DNA from: Candidatus Marinarcus aquaticus
GTDB taxonomy: Bacteria; Campylobacterota; Campylobacteria; Campylobacterales; Arcobacteraceae
DNA length: 24,000 nucleotides
NCBI RefSeq assembly: GCF_004116335.1
Contig: NZ_PDKN01000008.1
Span: forward strand, 75,288-99,287
Reading direction: 5' to 3'
The notes under the pieces are model-generated. The model was not told where the DNA came from. It did no database searches and saw only the letters and a program-made list of their open reading frames with translations. Below, in pieces: positions 17,380 to 24,000 of the stretch (its first letter is position 1; every line of letters starts with the position of its first letter). A program made the position numbers and the translations under genes.

Positions 17380-17946
17380 GTGTTGATATTAAAAGATGAA
17401 GATTTTGTAGGCAAAGGGAATGAACGAGCCTGTTATGTTCACCCTGAAGATAGAAATAAAGCGATTAAAATAACCTATGAAGGGAATAATCGTAAAATCA
17501 GTAAACAGACCCAACTGGAGACCAAATACTATCAAGAATTGATTAAACGTGGTATGAATGATTGGAAACATCTGCCTGAGTATTTTGGAGAAGTAGAGAC
17601 CAATAAAGGCAAAGGATTTGTGGTTGAGTTGGTACGAGATTACGATGGAGAGGTTTCTAAAACATTTGCATACTATTTAGAAAAAGATGGTGTTAAAGCG
17701 TATCAAAAAGAGCTTGAAGAGTATCGAGAGTATTTTGTCAAAAACAGCATTATTTTTAACTATGGGATGATGCCAAAAAATATTCTCCTTCGTAAGAACA
17801 GCGAAAGTGATTGTGATTTGGTTTTAATTGATGGGTTGGGTGATGTATCACATTTTACACTGCCCAATAAAATTCCCTATTTTGCCCGTCGTCGAATCAA
17901 TCGAAGATGGATGAAGTTTGTAAGGAAATATTTACTAAAATATTAA
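17380..17946 (+). CDS. YrbL-family (PhoP regulatory network protein YrbL-like) kinase-fold protein, paralog B
   Basis: 188 aa. 'VGKGNERACYVHPEDRNKAIKI' is a very close match to the remembered E. coli YrbL N-terminus (GTGRHRKCYAHPED..CIKI). It also has 'ETKYYQEL', 'WKHLPEYFGEVETNKGKGFVVELVRDYDGEVSKTF', 'MPKNILL' and 'LVLIDGLG'. The GTG start is preceded by AGGA at 17370-17373. Confidence 0.78.
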   Translation: MLILKDEDFVGKGNERACYVHPEDRNKAIKITYEGNNRKISKQTQLETKYYQELIKRGMNDWKHLPEYFGEVETNKGKGFVVELVRDYDGEVSKTFAYYLEKDGVKAYQKELEEYREYFVKNSIIFNYGMMPKNILLRKNSESDCDLVLIDGLGDVSHFTLPNKIPYFARRRINRRWMKFVRKYLLKY

Positions 17947-17968
17947 TAACAATGAGAGAAGGAAATAT

Positions 17969-18745
17969 ATGAAAGTTTTATTATTAGCTGGGGGATTGGG
18001 TACTCGTTTAAGTGAAGAGACAGATATCAGACCGAAACCGATGGTTGAAATTGGTGGAAAACCAATTTTATGGCATATTATGAAAATCTACTCAACGTAT
18101 GGTTTTAATGAGTTTGTAGTACTTCTTGGCTATAAAGGTTACTATATCAAAGAGTATTTTGCAAACTATTTTTTACATCAAAGTGATGTGACTTTAGATA
18201 TGAGTACAGGTAAAATGGAAATCTTAAACAATTCAAGTGAACCTTGGAAAATAACGTTGTTAGATACTGGTATTGACAGTATGACAGGTGGAAGAGTTAA
18301 GCGAGCACAAGATTTTGTAGGGGATGAACCTTTCATGTTGACATACGGTGATGGTGTCAGTGATATTAATATCAGTGATTTAGTAAAGTTTCATAAATCT
18401 CATGGAAAAGCGATGACAATGACGTCTGCTCAACCTGATGGACGATTTGGTGCACTTGAAATTGACGATAATAATCAAGTATTAGAGTTTAAAGAGAAAC
18501 CAAAAGGTGATGGTGGATGGATCAATGCTGGTTTCTTTGTCTGTGAGCCAAAAGTATTTGATTATATCACAGAAGGTGATGGCACCATCTTTGAACAAGC
18601 ACCACTGATGAACCTTGCACGTGAAGGTGAAATTTTTACCTTCAAGCATGAAGGTTTCTGGAAACCAATGGACACATTACGAGACAAACAGCAACTGCAA
18701 AAGATGTGGGAAACCAAAAAAGCACCTTGGAAAGTATGGCCTTAA
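17969..18745 (+). CDS. rfbF: Glucose-1-phosphate cytidylyltransferase
   Basis: 258 aa. It has the canonical N-terminus 'MKVLLLAGGLGTRLSEETDIRPKPMVEIGGKPILWHIMKIY' and 'LTYGDGVSD', with the right length for RfbF/DdhA. A strong RBS (AAGGA) lies upstream. Confidence 0.95.
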   Translation: MKVLLLAGGLGTRLSEETDIRPKPMVEIGGKPILWHIMKIYSTYGFNEFVVLLGYKGYYIKEYFANYFLHQSDVTLDMSTGKMEILNNSSEPWKITLLDTGIDSMTGGRVKRAQDFVGDEPFMLTYGDGVSDINISDLVKFHKSHGKAMTMTSAQPDGRFGALEIDDNNQVLEFKEKPKGDGGWINAGFFVCEPKVFDYITEGDGTIFEQAPLMNLAREGEIFTFKHEGFWKPMDTLRDKQQLQKMWETKKAPWKVWP

Positions 18746-19839
18746 TGAAAAACTTATTCTCTGGAATCTATAACAATAAGACAATTTTAGTTACAGGGCA
18801 TACTGGTTTTAAAGGAAGTTGGCTTTGTTATTGGTTGAATAAAATGGGTGCAAAAGTGATTGGTTACTCTTTGGAAGCACCCACAACCCCTAATCACATC
18901 TCTCTTTTAGACTTAGATATCGTATCTGTTATTGCTGATATTCGTGATACACAAAAACTGGATGAAGTTTTTGCAACATATAAACCTGAAGCGGTATTTC
19001 ACTTAGCAGCACAACCTTTGGTACGTCTGTCGTATGAGAATCCTGTTGAGACTTATGAAACGAATGTCATGGGTACACTGAAGGTTCTTGAAGCTTGTAG
19101 AAAACACCAGGTCAAAGCGATTGTAAATATTACCAGTGATAAAGCGTATGAGAACAAAGAGTGGATTTGGGGATACAGAGAGAATGATCCTTTAGGGGGG
19201 TATGATCCTTACAGTTCATCAAAAGGGTGTGCTGATATTCTTGTCAATTCATATCGAAGTTCTTACTTTAATTTAGAAACTTATAAAAAGAGCCATCACA
19301 CTTTATTGGCCAGTTGTCGAGCAGGAAATGTGATTGGTGGTGGAGATTGGGCACAAGATAGATTAATGACAGATATCATGTTGTCTGTTTCTCAAGGAAA
19401 AAAAGTCTCTATTCGTAATCCCTTAGCAACACGACCTTGGCAACATGTTTTAGAACCACTCAGTGGCTATTTACATGTGGGACAAAAACTTTTAGAAGAG
19501 AAAAAAGAGTTTGCAGAAGCTTGGAATTTTGGGCCAAGCGATGAAGGAAGCATCACAGTAGAAGAGGTTGTTAAGAATGTTAAAAAACATTGGAGCAGTA
19601 TTGATTATGAAATAGAACAAAAAAGTAATCAACCTCATGAAGCTAATTTACTTAAATTGGATTGCTCAAAAGCGCACATTCTCTTAAAGTGGAAAGATGT
19701 GTGGGAGAGTCAAACTACGTTTGAAAAAACAGTCACATGGTATAAAGCTTATTATGAAAGCCAGACTCTTAACACATCATCTGATTTAGAAAAATATGTA
19801 GAAGATGCAAAAAATAAAAACCTTGAATGGGCAATATAA
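18745..19839 (+). CDS. rfbG: CDP-glucose 4,6-dehydratase
   Basis: It has the SDR Rossmann motif 'ILVTGHTGFKGSWL' typical of RfbG/DdhB, the catalytic 'YSSSK' and 'TRPWQHVLEPLSGYL'. The start is placed at the ATG of the TAATG overlap with the rfbF stop (N-terminus MKNLFSGIYNNKTILVTGHTGF). The maximal ORF begins at 18706, inside rfbF. Confidence 0.93.
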   Translation: MKNLFSGIYNNKTILVTGHTGFKGSWLCYWLNKMGAKVIGYSLEAPTTPNHISLLDLDIVSVIADIRDTQKLDEVFATYKPEAVFHLAAQPLVRLSYENPVETYETNVMGTLKVLEACRKHQVKAIVNITSDKAYENKEWIWGYRENDPLGGYDPYSSSKGCADILVNSYRSSYFNLETYKKSHHTLLASCRAGNVIGGGDWAQDRLMTDIMLSVSQGKKVSIRNPLATRPWQHVLEPLSGYLHVGQKLLEEKKEFAEAWNFGPSDEGSITVEEVVKNVKKHWSSIDYEIEQKSNQPHEANLLKLDCSKAHILLKWKDVWESQTTFEKTVTWYKAYYESQTLNTSSDLEKYVEDAKNKNLEWAI

Positions 19840-20390
19840 TGAAGATTGTAGATACTCCAATAGAGGGATTAAAAATATTAGAACCCAGAGTATTTGAAGA
19901 TACTCGAGGCAAGTTTGTTAAAACTTTTAATCAAGACTTTTTTAAACAAAATGGATTGGATTTAGAGTTCAAAGAGACGTATTTCTCTATTTCCCATAAA
20001 GATGTCATAAGAGGAATGCATTTTCAAACTCCTCCGTATGACCATGTAAAAGTGGTTTATGTCCCTTATGGAAAAATTTTGGATGTGGTTTTAGATATTC
20101 GAAAAGAGTCAAAAACCTATGGTGAGTATTTCAGTACAGAGCTCTCCTGTGAAAATGCAAAAGTGTTGATTATCCCAAAAGGATTAGCACACGGATTTAA
20201 ATCTTTAGAAGATAACACCAATGTAACCTATATGCAAACAACAGGGTATGCTCCAAATAACGATGAAGGTATACTTTATGACTCTTTTGGTTTTGATTGG
20301 GAGTGTGAGAATCCACAATGTTCGCAACGTGATTTGGCTTTTAAATCATTTGGCGAGTTTGAAACCCCTTTTAGTAAAGGTCAAATGTGA
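19839..20390 (+). CDS. RmlC-like cupin sugar-nucleotide 3,5- (or 5-) epimerase
   Basis: About 183 aa from the ATG at 19839, which forms a TAATG overlap with the rfbG stop. 'MKIVDTPIEGLKILEPRVFEDTRGKFVKTFN', 'IRGMHFQ' and 'GLAHGF' match the dTDP-4-dehydrorhamnose 3,5-epimerase family. Context implies a CDP-linked substrate rather than a dTDP-linked one (inference). Confidence 0.85.
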   Translation: MKIVDTPIEGLKILEPRVFEDTRGKFVKTFNQDFFKQNGLDLEFKETYFSISHKDVIRGMHFQTPPYDHVKVVYVPYGKILDVVLDIRKESKTYGEYFSTELSCENAKVLIIPKGLAHGFKSLEDNTNVTYMQTTGYAPNNDEGILYDSFGFDWECENPQCSQRDLAFKSFGEFETPFSKGQM

Positions 20391-21280
20391 AAATTCTAGT
20401 TACAGGAGCTACTGGTTTCATTGGTCAAAACTTGATTGATGCATTGGTTGATTTAGACCATGAAGTTCACTGTATTGTAAGAGCAAACAGTGATGTGTCG
20501 GTATTGAACAGTTCTGTTAAAATTTATCGACACAGTGGAGAAATAGAGTGTTTACAAAACTATTTTAAACAAGAGCATTTTACAGGAGTGATACATTTAG
20601 CATCACTCTTTTTAGCCGTCCATCAAGATAAAGATATTGAGAATTTGGTTGATTCAAATATTACATTTGGTGTAAAGCTTTTAGAAGCATCTGTGAAGTC
20701 CAATGTTCAATGGTTTATTAATACCGGTACATTTTGGCAACATTTTGAAAACCAAACATATAATCCCGTAAATTTATATGCTGCTTCAAAAGAGGCTTTT
20801 GAGGTGATGGCAAAATATTATAGCCAAACCAGCAACATGATTTTTACAACCATTAAGCTCAATGATACTTTTGGACCCAATGACACTCGTAACAAAGTCT
20901 TTAACTTGTGGGCAAAAATTGCAAAAACGGGTGAACTCTTAGAGATGTCTGAAGGTGAACAAATTATTGATATTTCGTATATAGAGGATGTTGTAAGAGC
21001 TTATTTACTTTTAATTGAACATCTTATGTCAGATAATCAAAAGAGTTTTAATGAACGTTCATTTGTAGTCACGAACAGTGAGAAGATGACATTAAAAGAG
21101 TTGTCTTTAATTTTTGAAGAAGCGACAAACAGTAAACTTCAGATTAAATGGGGTGGAAGACCTTACCGAGACAGAGAGGTGATGCAACCTTTTAATAAGG
21201 GTGAAGTGGTTCCAACATGGAAACCACAATTTGATTTAAAAACAGCAATACAAAAAACAGTAGGAGAAAATATTTTATGA
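20387..21280 (+). CDS. NAD(P)-dependent SDR epimerase/reductase (candidate CDP-4-keto-3,6-dideoxyhexose 4-reductase)
   Basis: 297 aa. It has the Rossmann motif 'ILVTGATGFIGQNL' and the catalytic 'YAASK' (YxxxK). Its size is similar to the RfbS/RfbJ/AscF-type reductases. The GTG start forms a GTGA overlap with the upstream stop. The specific reaction is inferred from context. Confidence 0.8.
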   Translation: MKILVTGATGFIGQNLIDALVDLDHEVHCIVRANSDVSVLNSSVKIYRHSGEIECLQNYFKQEHFTGVIHLASLFLAVHQDKDIENLVDSNITFGVKLLEASVKSNVQWFINTGTFWQHFENQTYNPVNLYAASKEAFEVMAKYYSQTSNMIFTTIKLNDTFGPNDTRNKVFNLWAKIAKTGELLEMSEGEQIIDISYIEDVVRAYLLLIEHLMSDNQKSFNERSFVVTNSEKMTLKELSLIFEEATNSKLQIKWGGRPYRDREVMQPFNKGEVVPTWKPQFDLKTAIQKTVGENIL

Positions 21281-22602
21281 CAAAAGCTGAAGAACTCAAA
21301 CAAGATATACTGAATAAAACAAAAGAGTATTATGAATTAGTTCACAAAACAAAACAGAATGAAACTTTTGTTGAAGGAACTTCAAGAGTTAATTATGCAG
21401 GAAGAGTGTTTGATGAGAAAGAGATGTGTAATCTTGTTGACAGTTCACTTGATTTTTGGCTTACATATGGAGACTATTCTAAAAAGTTTGAAAAAAAGCT
21501 GAGTGAATACTTGAATGTTCGTTGGTCTTTTTTAGTCAATTCAGGAAGCAGTGCAAATCTATTGGCTTTTTATACATTGACTTCACCTTTATTGGAAGAC
21601 AGACAGATTAAAAGAGGTGATGAGGTGATTACTGTTGCAGCTGGATTCCCTACAACAGTAGCCCCAATAGTTCAATATGGGGCTGTTCCTGTTTTTGTTG
21701 ATATGGAATTGGATTATTTTAATATTGATACCAATGAATTGGAAAAAGCACTCTCATCAAAAACAAAAGCTGTAATGATTGCACATACCTTAGGAAACCC
21801 TTTTAATATTGAAGCAGTAAAATCTTTTTGTGATAAACACAACTTATGGTTAATAGAAGATAACTGTGATGCGTTGGGCTCAATGTACAAAGGCAGACCT
21901 ACTGGGACATGGGGTGATATTGGTACAAGCTCTTTTTACCCACCGCACCATATGACTATGGGTGAGGGTGGAGCAACCTATACAGATAATCCATTGCTTA
22001 AAAAAATTATGCTCAGTTTACGTGATTGGGGAAGAGATTGTTGGTGTGAAAGTGGTGTTGATAATACGTGTGGAAAACGGTTTACACAACAATTTGGAAG
22101 TTTACCAAAAGGGTATGACCACAAATATGTCTATTCACATTTTGGATTTAATTTAAAAGTTTCTGATATGCAAGCCGCAGTTGGTGTTGCACAACTTGAG
22201 AAATTCCCTTCCTTTGTAGAAAAAAGAAAAGTAAACTATAAAAAGCTGTATGATGGGCTAAAAGAAATTGAATCTATTAAATTGGTTGAAGCGCAACCTG
22301 AATCAGATCCAAGCTGGTTTGGATTTATGATTACATTAAATGACAATGCAAGCTGTACACGCAATGAAGTTGTTGAGTTCTTAGAGAGCAATAACATACA
22401 AACACGAAACTTATTTGCAGGTAATATGTTGCGTCATCCAATGTTTGATACCATGAAAGAAAATGTTGATTACAAAGTGGTGGGTGATTTAACTAATACA
22501 GATAAAATCATGAATGACAGTTTTTGGATTGGTGTTTATCCAGGAATGAGTGAAGAAGCTATTAATTACATGATTAAAAAAATTAAAGAGGCTATAAACT
22601 GA
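21277..22602 (+). CDS. rfbH: CDP-6-deoxy-L-threo-D-glycero-4-hexulose-3-dehydrase (E1; RfbH/DdhC), PMP- and [2Fe-2S]-dependent
   Basis: 441 aa with a DegT/DnrJ/EryC1-fold. 'SSFYPPHHMTMGEGG' has His-His where aminotransferases of this family carry the Schiff-base Lys. The Cys pattern C197-X57-C255-X1-C257-X7-C265 ('EDNCDALG' ... 'CWCESGVDNTC') was counted directly in the translation. There is an ATGA overlap with the upstream gene. Confidence 0.9.
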   Translation: MTKAEELKQDILNKTKEYYELVHKTKQNETFVEGTSRVNYAGRVFDEKEMCNLVDSSLDFWLTYGDYSKKFEKKLSEYLNVRWSFLVNSGSSANLLAFYTLTSPLLEDRQIKRGDEVITVAAGFPTTVAPIVQYGAVPVFVDMELDYFNIDTNELEKALSSKTKAVMIAHTLGNPFNIEAVKSFCDKHNLWLIEDNCDALGSMYKGRPTGTWGDIGTSSFYPPHHMTMGEGGATYTDNPLLKKIMLSLRDWGRDCWCESGVDNTCGKRFTQQFGSLPKGYDHKYVYSHFGFNLKVSDMQAAVGVAQLEKFPSFVEKRKVNYKKLYDGLKEIESIKLVEAQPESDPSWFGFMITLNDNASCTRNEVVEFLESNNIQTRNLFAGNMLRHPMFDTMKENVDYKVVGDLTNTDKIMNDSFWIGVYPGMSEEAINYMIKKIKEAIN

Positions 22603-23723
22603 TGAAAAAAGAAAAAAGAGTCTATATCGTTGGAAGCTTAAGAGGTTCGAGTCGAGCTCGAATTTTGCTTGATTATATTGCTTCATCACCACAATACTCT
22701 TTTTTCTATGAAGATTCTCACTACTTTAAAGTAATGGGAAAAAATCTTCTTAAAAAGGCACTTTTTTTGCCATTACGTTTAATGCATACATTAAATCGTT
22801 TTTGGCATCTTGTGATGTCCGATATCGTATATATTTTACCAATGGGAAAAATCTCTTTATTCGAAATTCAATTTGCACATAAATGTAATAAAAAAATTGT
22901 TTATGAGTTCTATATTTCACAATATGACACCTATGTCAATGACAAACAAAGAGTGAATGAAAAGAGTCCAAAAGCAAAACAACTTTTAAAAATGGATCAA
23001 TATCTTGTAGATTACAGCACGGATATTATTTTTTTAAATAAATCAGAACAAGCTTATTATTCAGAAGTGATAAACAGAAAAGAAATAACTGCACAAACCT
23101 ATACAATTCCCTTAGTAACAGAGACAAAAGAGAAAGCAAGTTTACCTTTTGTTCATGAACAAACAAAGAAAGTAACATTATGTTGGTGGGGAAGTTATAT
23201 TCCTTTACATGGATTAAGTAAAATAATTGAAGCAGCACACTTTCTTAAGAAAGAAAATGTTAACTTCGAACTCTTTTTATTTGGAACAAGTGATAAAAAA
23301 GCAGAATCTTACCAAAAAATGATTGATGAGCTTGAATTAAATCAGCATGTATTTATAGATAACAACAAGAGTTTCTCTGATAAGTCGCTTGAACGATTTT
23401 TATTGCAACGATGCGATATTGCTTTTGGTAATTTTGGTGACAGTAAGAAAGCAAAAGTAGTCATGGTAAATAAAGCAGTTGAAGCTGTTTCTATGAATAT
23501 TCCGGTTGTTTCTCAACCCACGCAAGCACTTGTTGAGTTCTTCACAGATAAAAAAGATATCTATTTTTGTGGCTCAAACCCTAAAGAGATTGCAGATGTA
23601 ATCATAGAAGCTATTGCAGATAAACAAAAGTTATTAGAGTGTTCAAGCAGTGCCTATGAACTCTTTAAACAAAACTTTTCAAAAGAAGCCTATATTAAGA
23701 TTGTAGCTACTATATTAAAATAG
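22602..23723 (+). CDS. Divergent GT-B-like putative glycosyltransferase (function unknown)
   Basis: 373 aa. The C-terminal half looks like a GT-B nucleotide-sugar-binding domain ('VTLCWWGSYIPLHGLSKIIEAAHFL', 'FELFLFG', 'VNKAVEAVSMNIPVV') but lacks a clean EX7E motif. I recognise no family in the N-terminal half. It has a 1-nt (TGATG) overlap with rfbH. Confidence 0.45.
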   Translation: MKKEKRVYIVGSLRGSSRARILLDYIASSPQYSFFYEDSHYFKVMGKNLLKKALFLPLRLMHTLNRFWHLVMSDIVYILPMGKISLFEIQFAHKCNKKIVYEFYISQYDTYVNDKQRVNEKSPKAKQLLKMDQYLVDYSTDIIFLNKSEQAYYSEVINRKEITAQTYTIPLVTETKEKASLPFVHEQTKKVTLCWWGSYIPLHGLSKIIEAAHFLKKENVNFELFLFGTSDKKAESYQKMIDELELNQHVFIDNNKSFSDKSLERFLLQRCDIAFGNFGDSKKAKVVMVNKAVEAVSMNIPVVSQPTQALVEFFTDKKDIYFCGSNPKEIADVIIEAIADKQKLLECSSSAYELFKQNFSKEAYIKIVATILK

Positions 23724-23725
23724 TT

Positions 23726-24000
23726 TTATTTAATCAGTGTTGGAATTTGTTTGTTTTCTTCATCAAAAGAGAGTTTAAGTATCCCTGAAAGTCCAGATAT
23801 ATCTGAATCACATACAAAATAATCCTCTTTTTTGTTAAAGTGATTATAAGCTTCTTTATAACCTAAAAGATGACTGACCACATTTCCCATTTGATAGTGT
23901 GAAATATAAGGAAACTCTGAAAACTTCTTTTTAATACTTTTTGCATTGTTAATACCATAGACAAAAAATGGTACTTGATAAATGGCATCATAATCCAATC
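23726..24000 (-). CDS. C-terminal fragment of a sulfatase / phosphoethanolamine-transferase-like (alkaline-phosphatase superfamily) protein; the gene continues beyond the right edge
   Basis: The ORF is open to the window edge, and the 'M' in the ORF track is a TTG Leu codon. 'QVPFFVYG' and 'ISHYQMGNVVSHLLGY' resemble the C-terminal 'VP..W' and 'SH.D...T.LG' blocks of the EptA/sulfatase family. It converges on the upstream + gene with only 2 nt between the stops. Confidence 0.45.
   Translation of the reverse strand, partial: LDYDAIYQVPFFVYGINNAKSIKKKFSEFPYISHYQMGNVVSHLLGYKEAYNHFNKKEDYFVCDSDISGLSGILKLSFDEENKQIPTLIK

Noticed and set aside
18706-18744. Upstream ATG at 18706 (and 18736) as the rfbG start; likewise 19827 for the epimerase and 9865 for the kinase-like ORF
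   Set aside because: These starts would overlap the preceding gene by 13-40 nt. In each case an in-frame ATG forms a TAATG/ATGA stop-start junction like the others in this operon. For rfbG and the epimerase, those ATGs give N-termini matching family consensus (MKN..ILVTGHTGFKGSWL; MKIVDTPIEGLKILEP). The choice remains an inference.
19195-19200. G6 homopolymer in rfbG as a possible phase-variation tract (poly-G tracts switch Campylobacter LOS genes)
   Set aside because: It is only 6 nt, below the length at which slipped-strand switching is usually appreciable. It encodes the conserved Gly-Gly of 'PLGGYDPY'. No G or C tract of 8 nt or more was seen anywhere in the locus.
8156-23238. Remaining short nested ORFs in the track (8156-8344-, 8440-8622-, 9029-9277-, 9694-9930-, 10187-10396+, 11200-11433-, 13008-13232-, 13415-13603+, 15274-15456+, 15590-15808-, 16414-16617-, 16817-17062-, 17389-17571-, 20248-20439+, 21962-22156+, 22489-22692-, 23026-23238-)
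   Set aside because: Each overlaps a longer ORF that has clear family signatures. None has a recognisable motif, and none fills a gap in the gene map.

Overview
This is a low-GC, tightly packed bacterial chromosome segment. Almost every gene is on the + strand, and many neighbouring genes overlap at stop/start (ATGA, TAATG, GTGA, TGATG), which suggests long, translationally coupled operons. The gene order (waaC followed by an htrB/lpxL-type acyltransferase opening a variable glycosyltransferase region) and the codon bias suggest a Campylobacterota genome (Arcobacter/Campylobacter-like); this is inference, not a search result. Positions 1-7643 are housekeeping genes: a 5'-truncated gltB, gltD, an inositol-monophosphatase/CysQ-family gene, a YfhL-type 2x[4Fe-4S] ferredoxin and a Ppx/GppA phosphatase. 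From 7640 to the right edge lies a lipooligosaccharide/LPS core and outer-core locus. It contains waaC, a lipid A late acyltransferase, dgkA, an LPS-kinase-like ORF, a large LtaS/MdoB-like membrane transferase, three GT4 glycosyltransferases and one WaaE-like GT2 glycosyltransferase. It also contains two YrbL-family kinase-fold ORFs, a five-gene CDP-3,6-dideoxyhexose cassette (rfbF, rfbG, RmlC-like epimerase, SDR reductase, rfbH/E1), a divergent GT-B-like ORF and the 3' end of a converging sulfatase/PEtN-transferase-like gene. I found no rRNA, tRNA, CRISPR array, transposase/integrase or recognisable defence or toxin-antitoxin genes. The most interesting feature is a repeated two-gene module of a glycosyltransferase followed by a YrbL-like kinase-fold protein. 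Together with a third atypical kinase-like ORF, it points to an uncharacterised LOS phosphorylation system. The second point of interest is a dideoxyhexose pathway whose E1 dehydrase carries a complete [2Fe-2S] motif but has no cognate E3 reductase gene in the window. All functional calls rest on motif recognition by eye and should be confirmed by HMM or BLAST searches.
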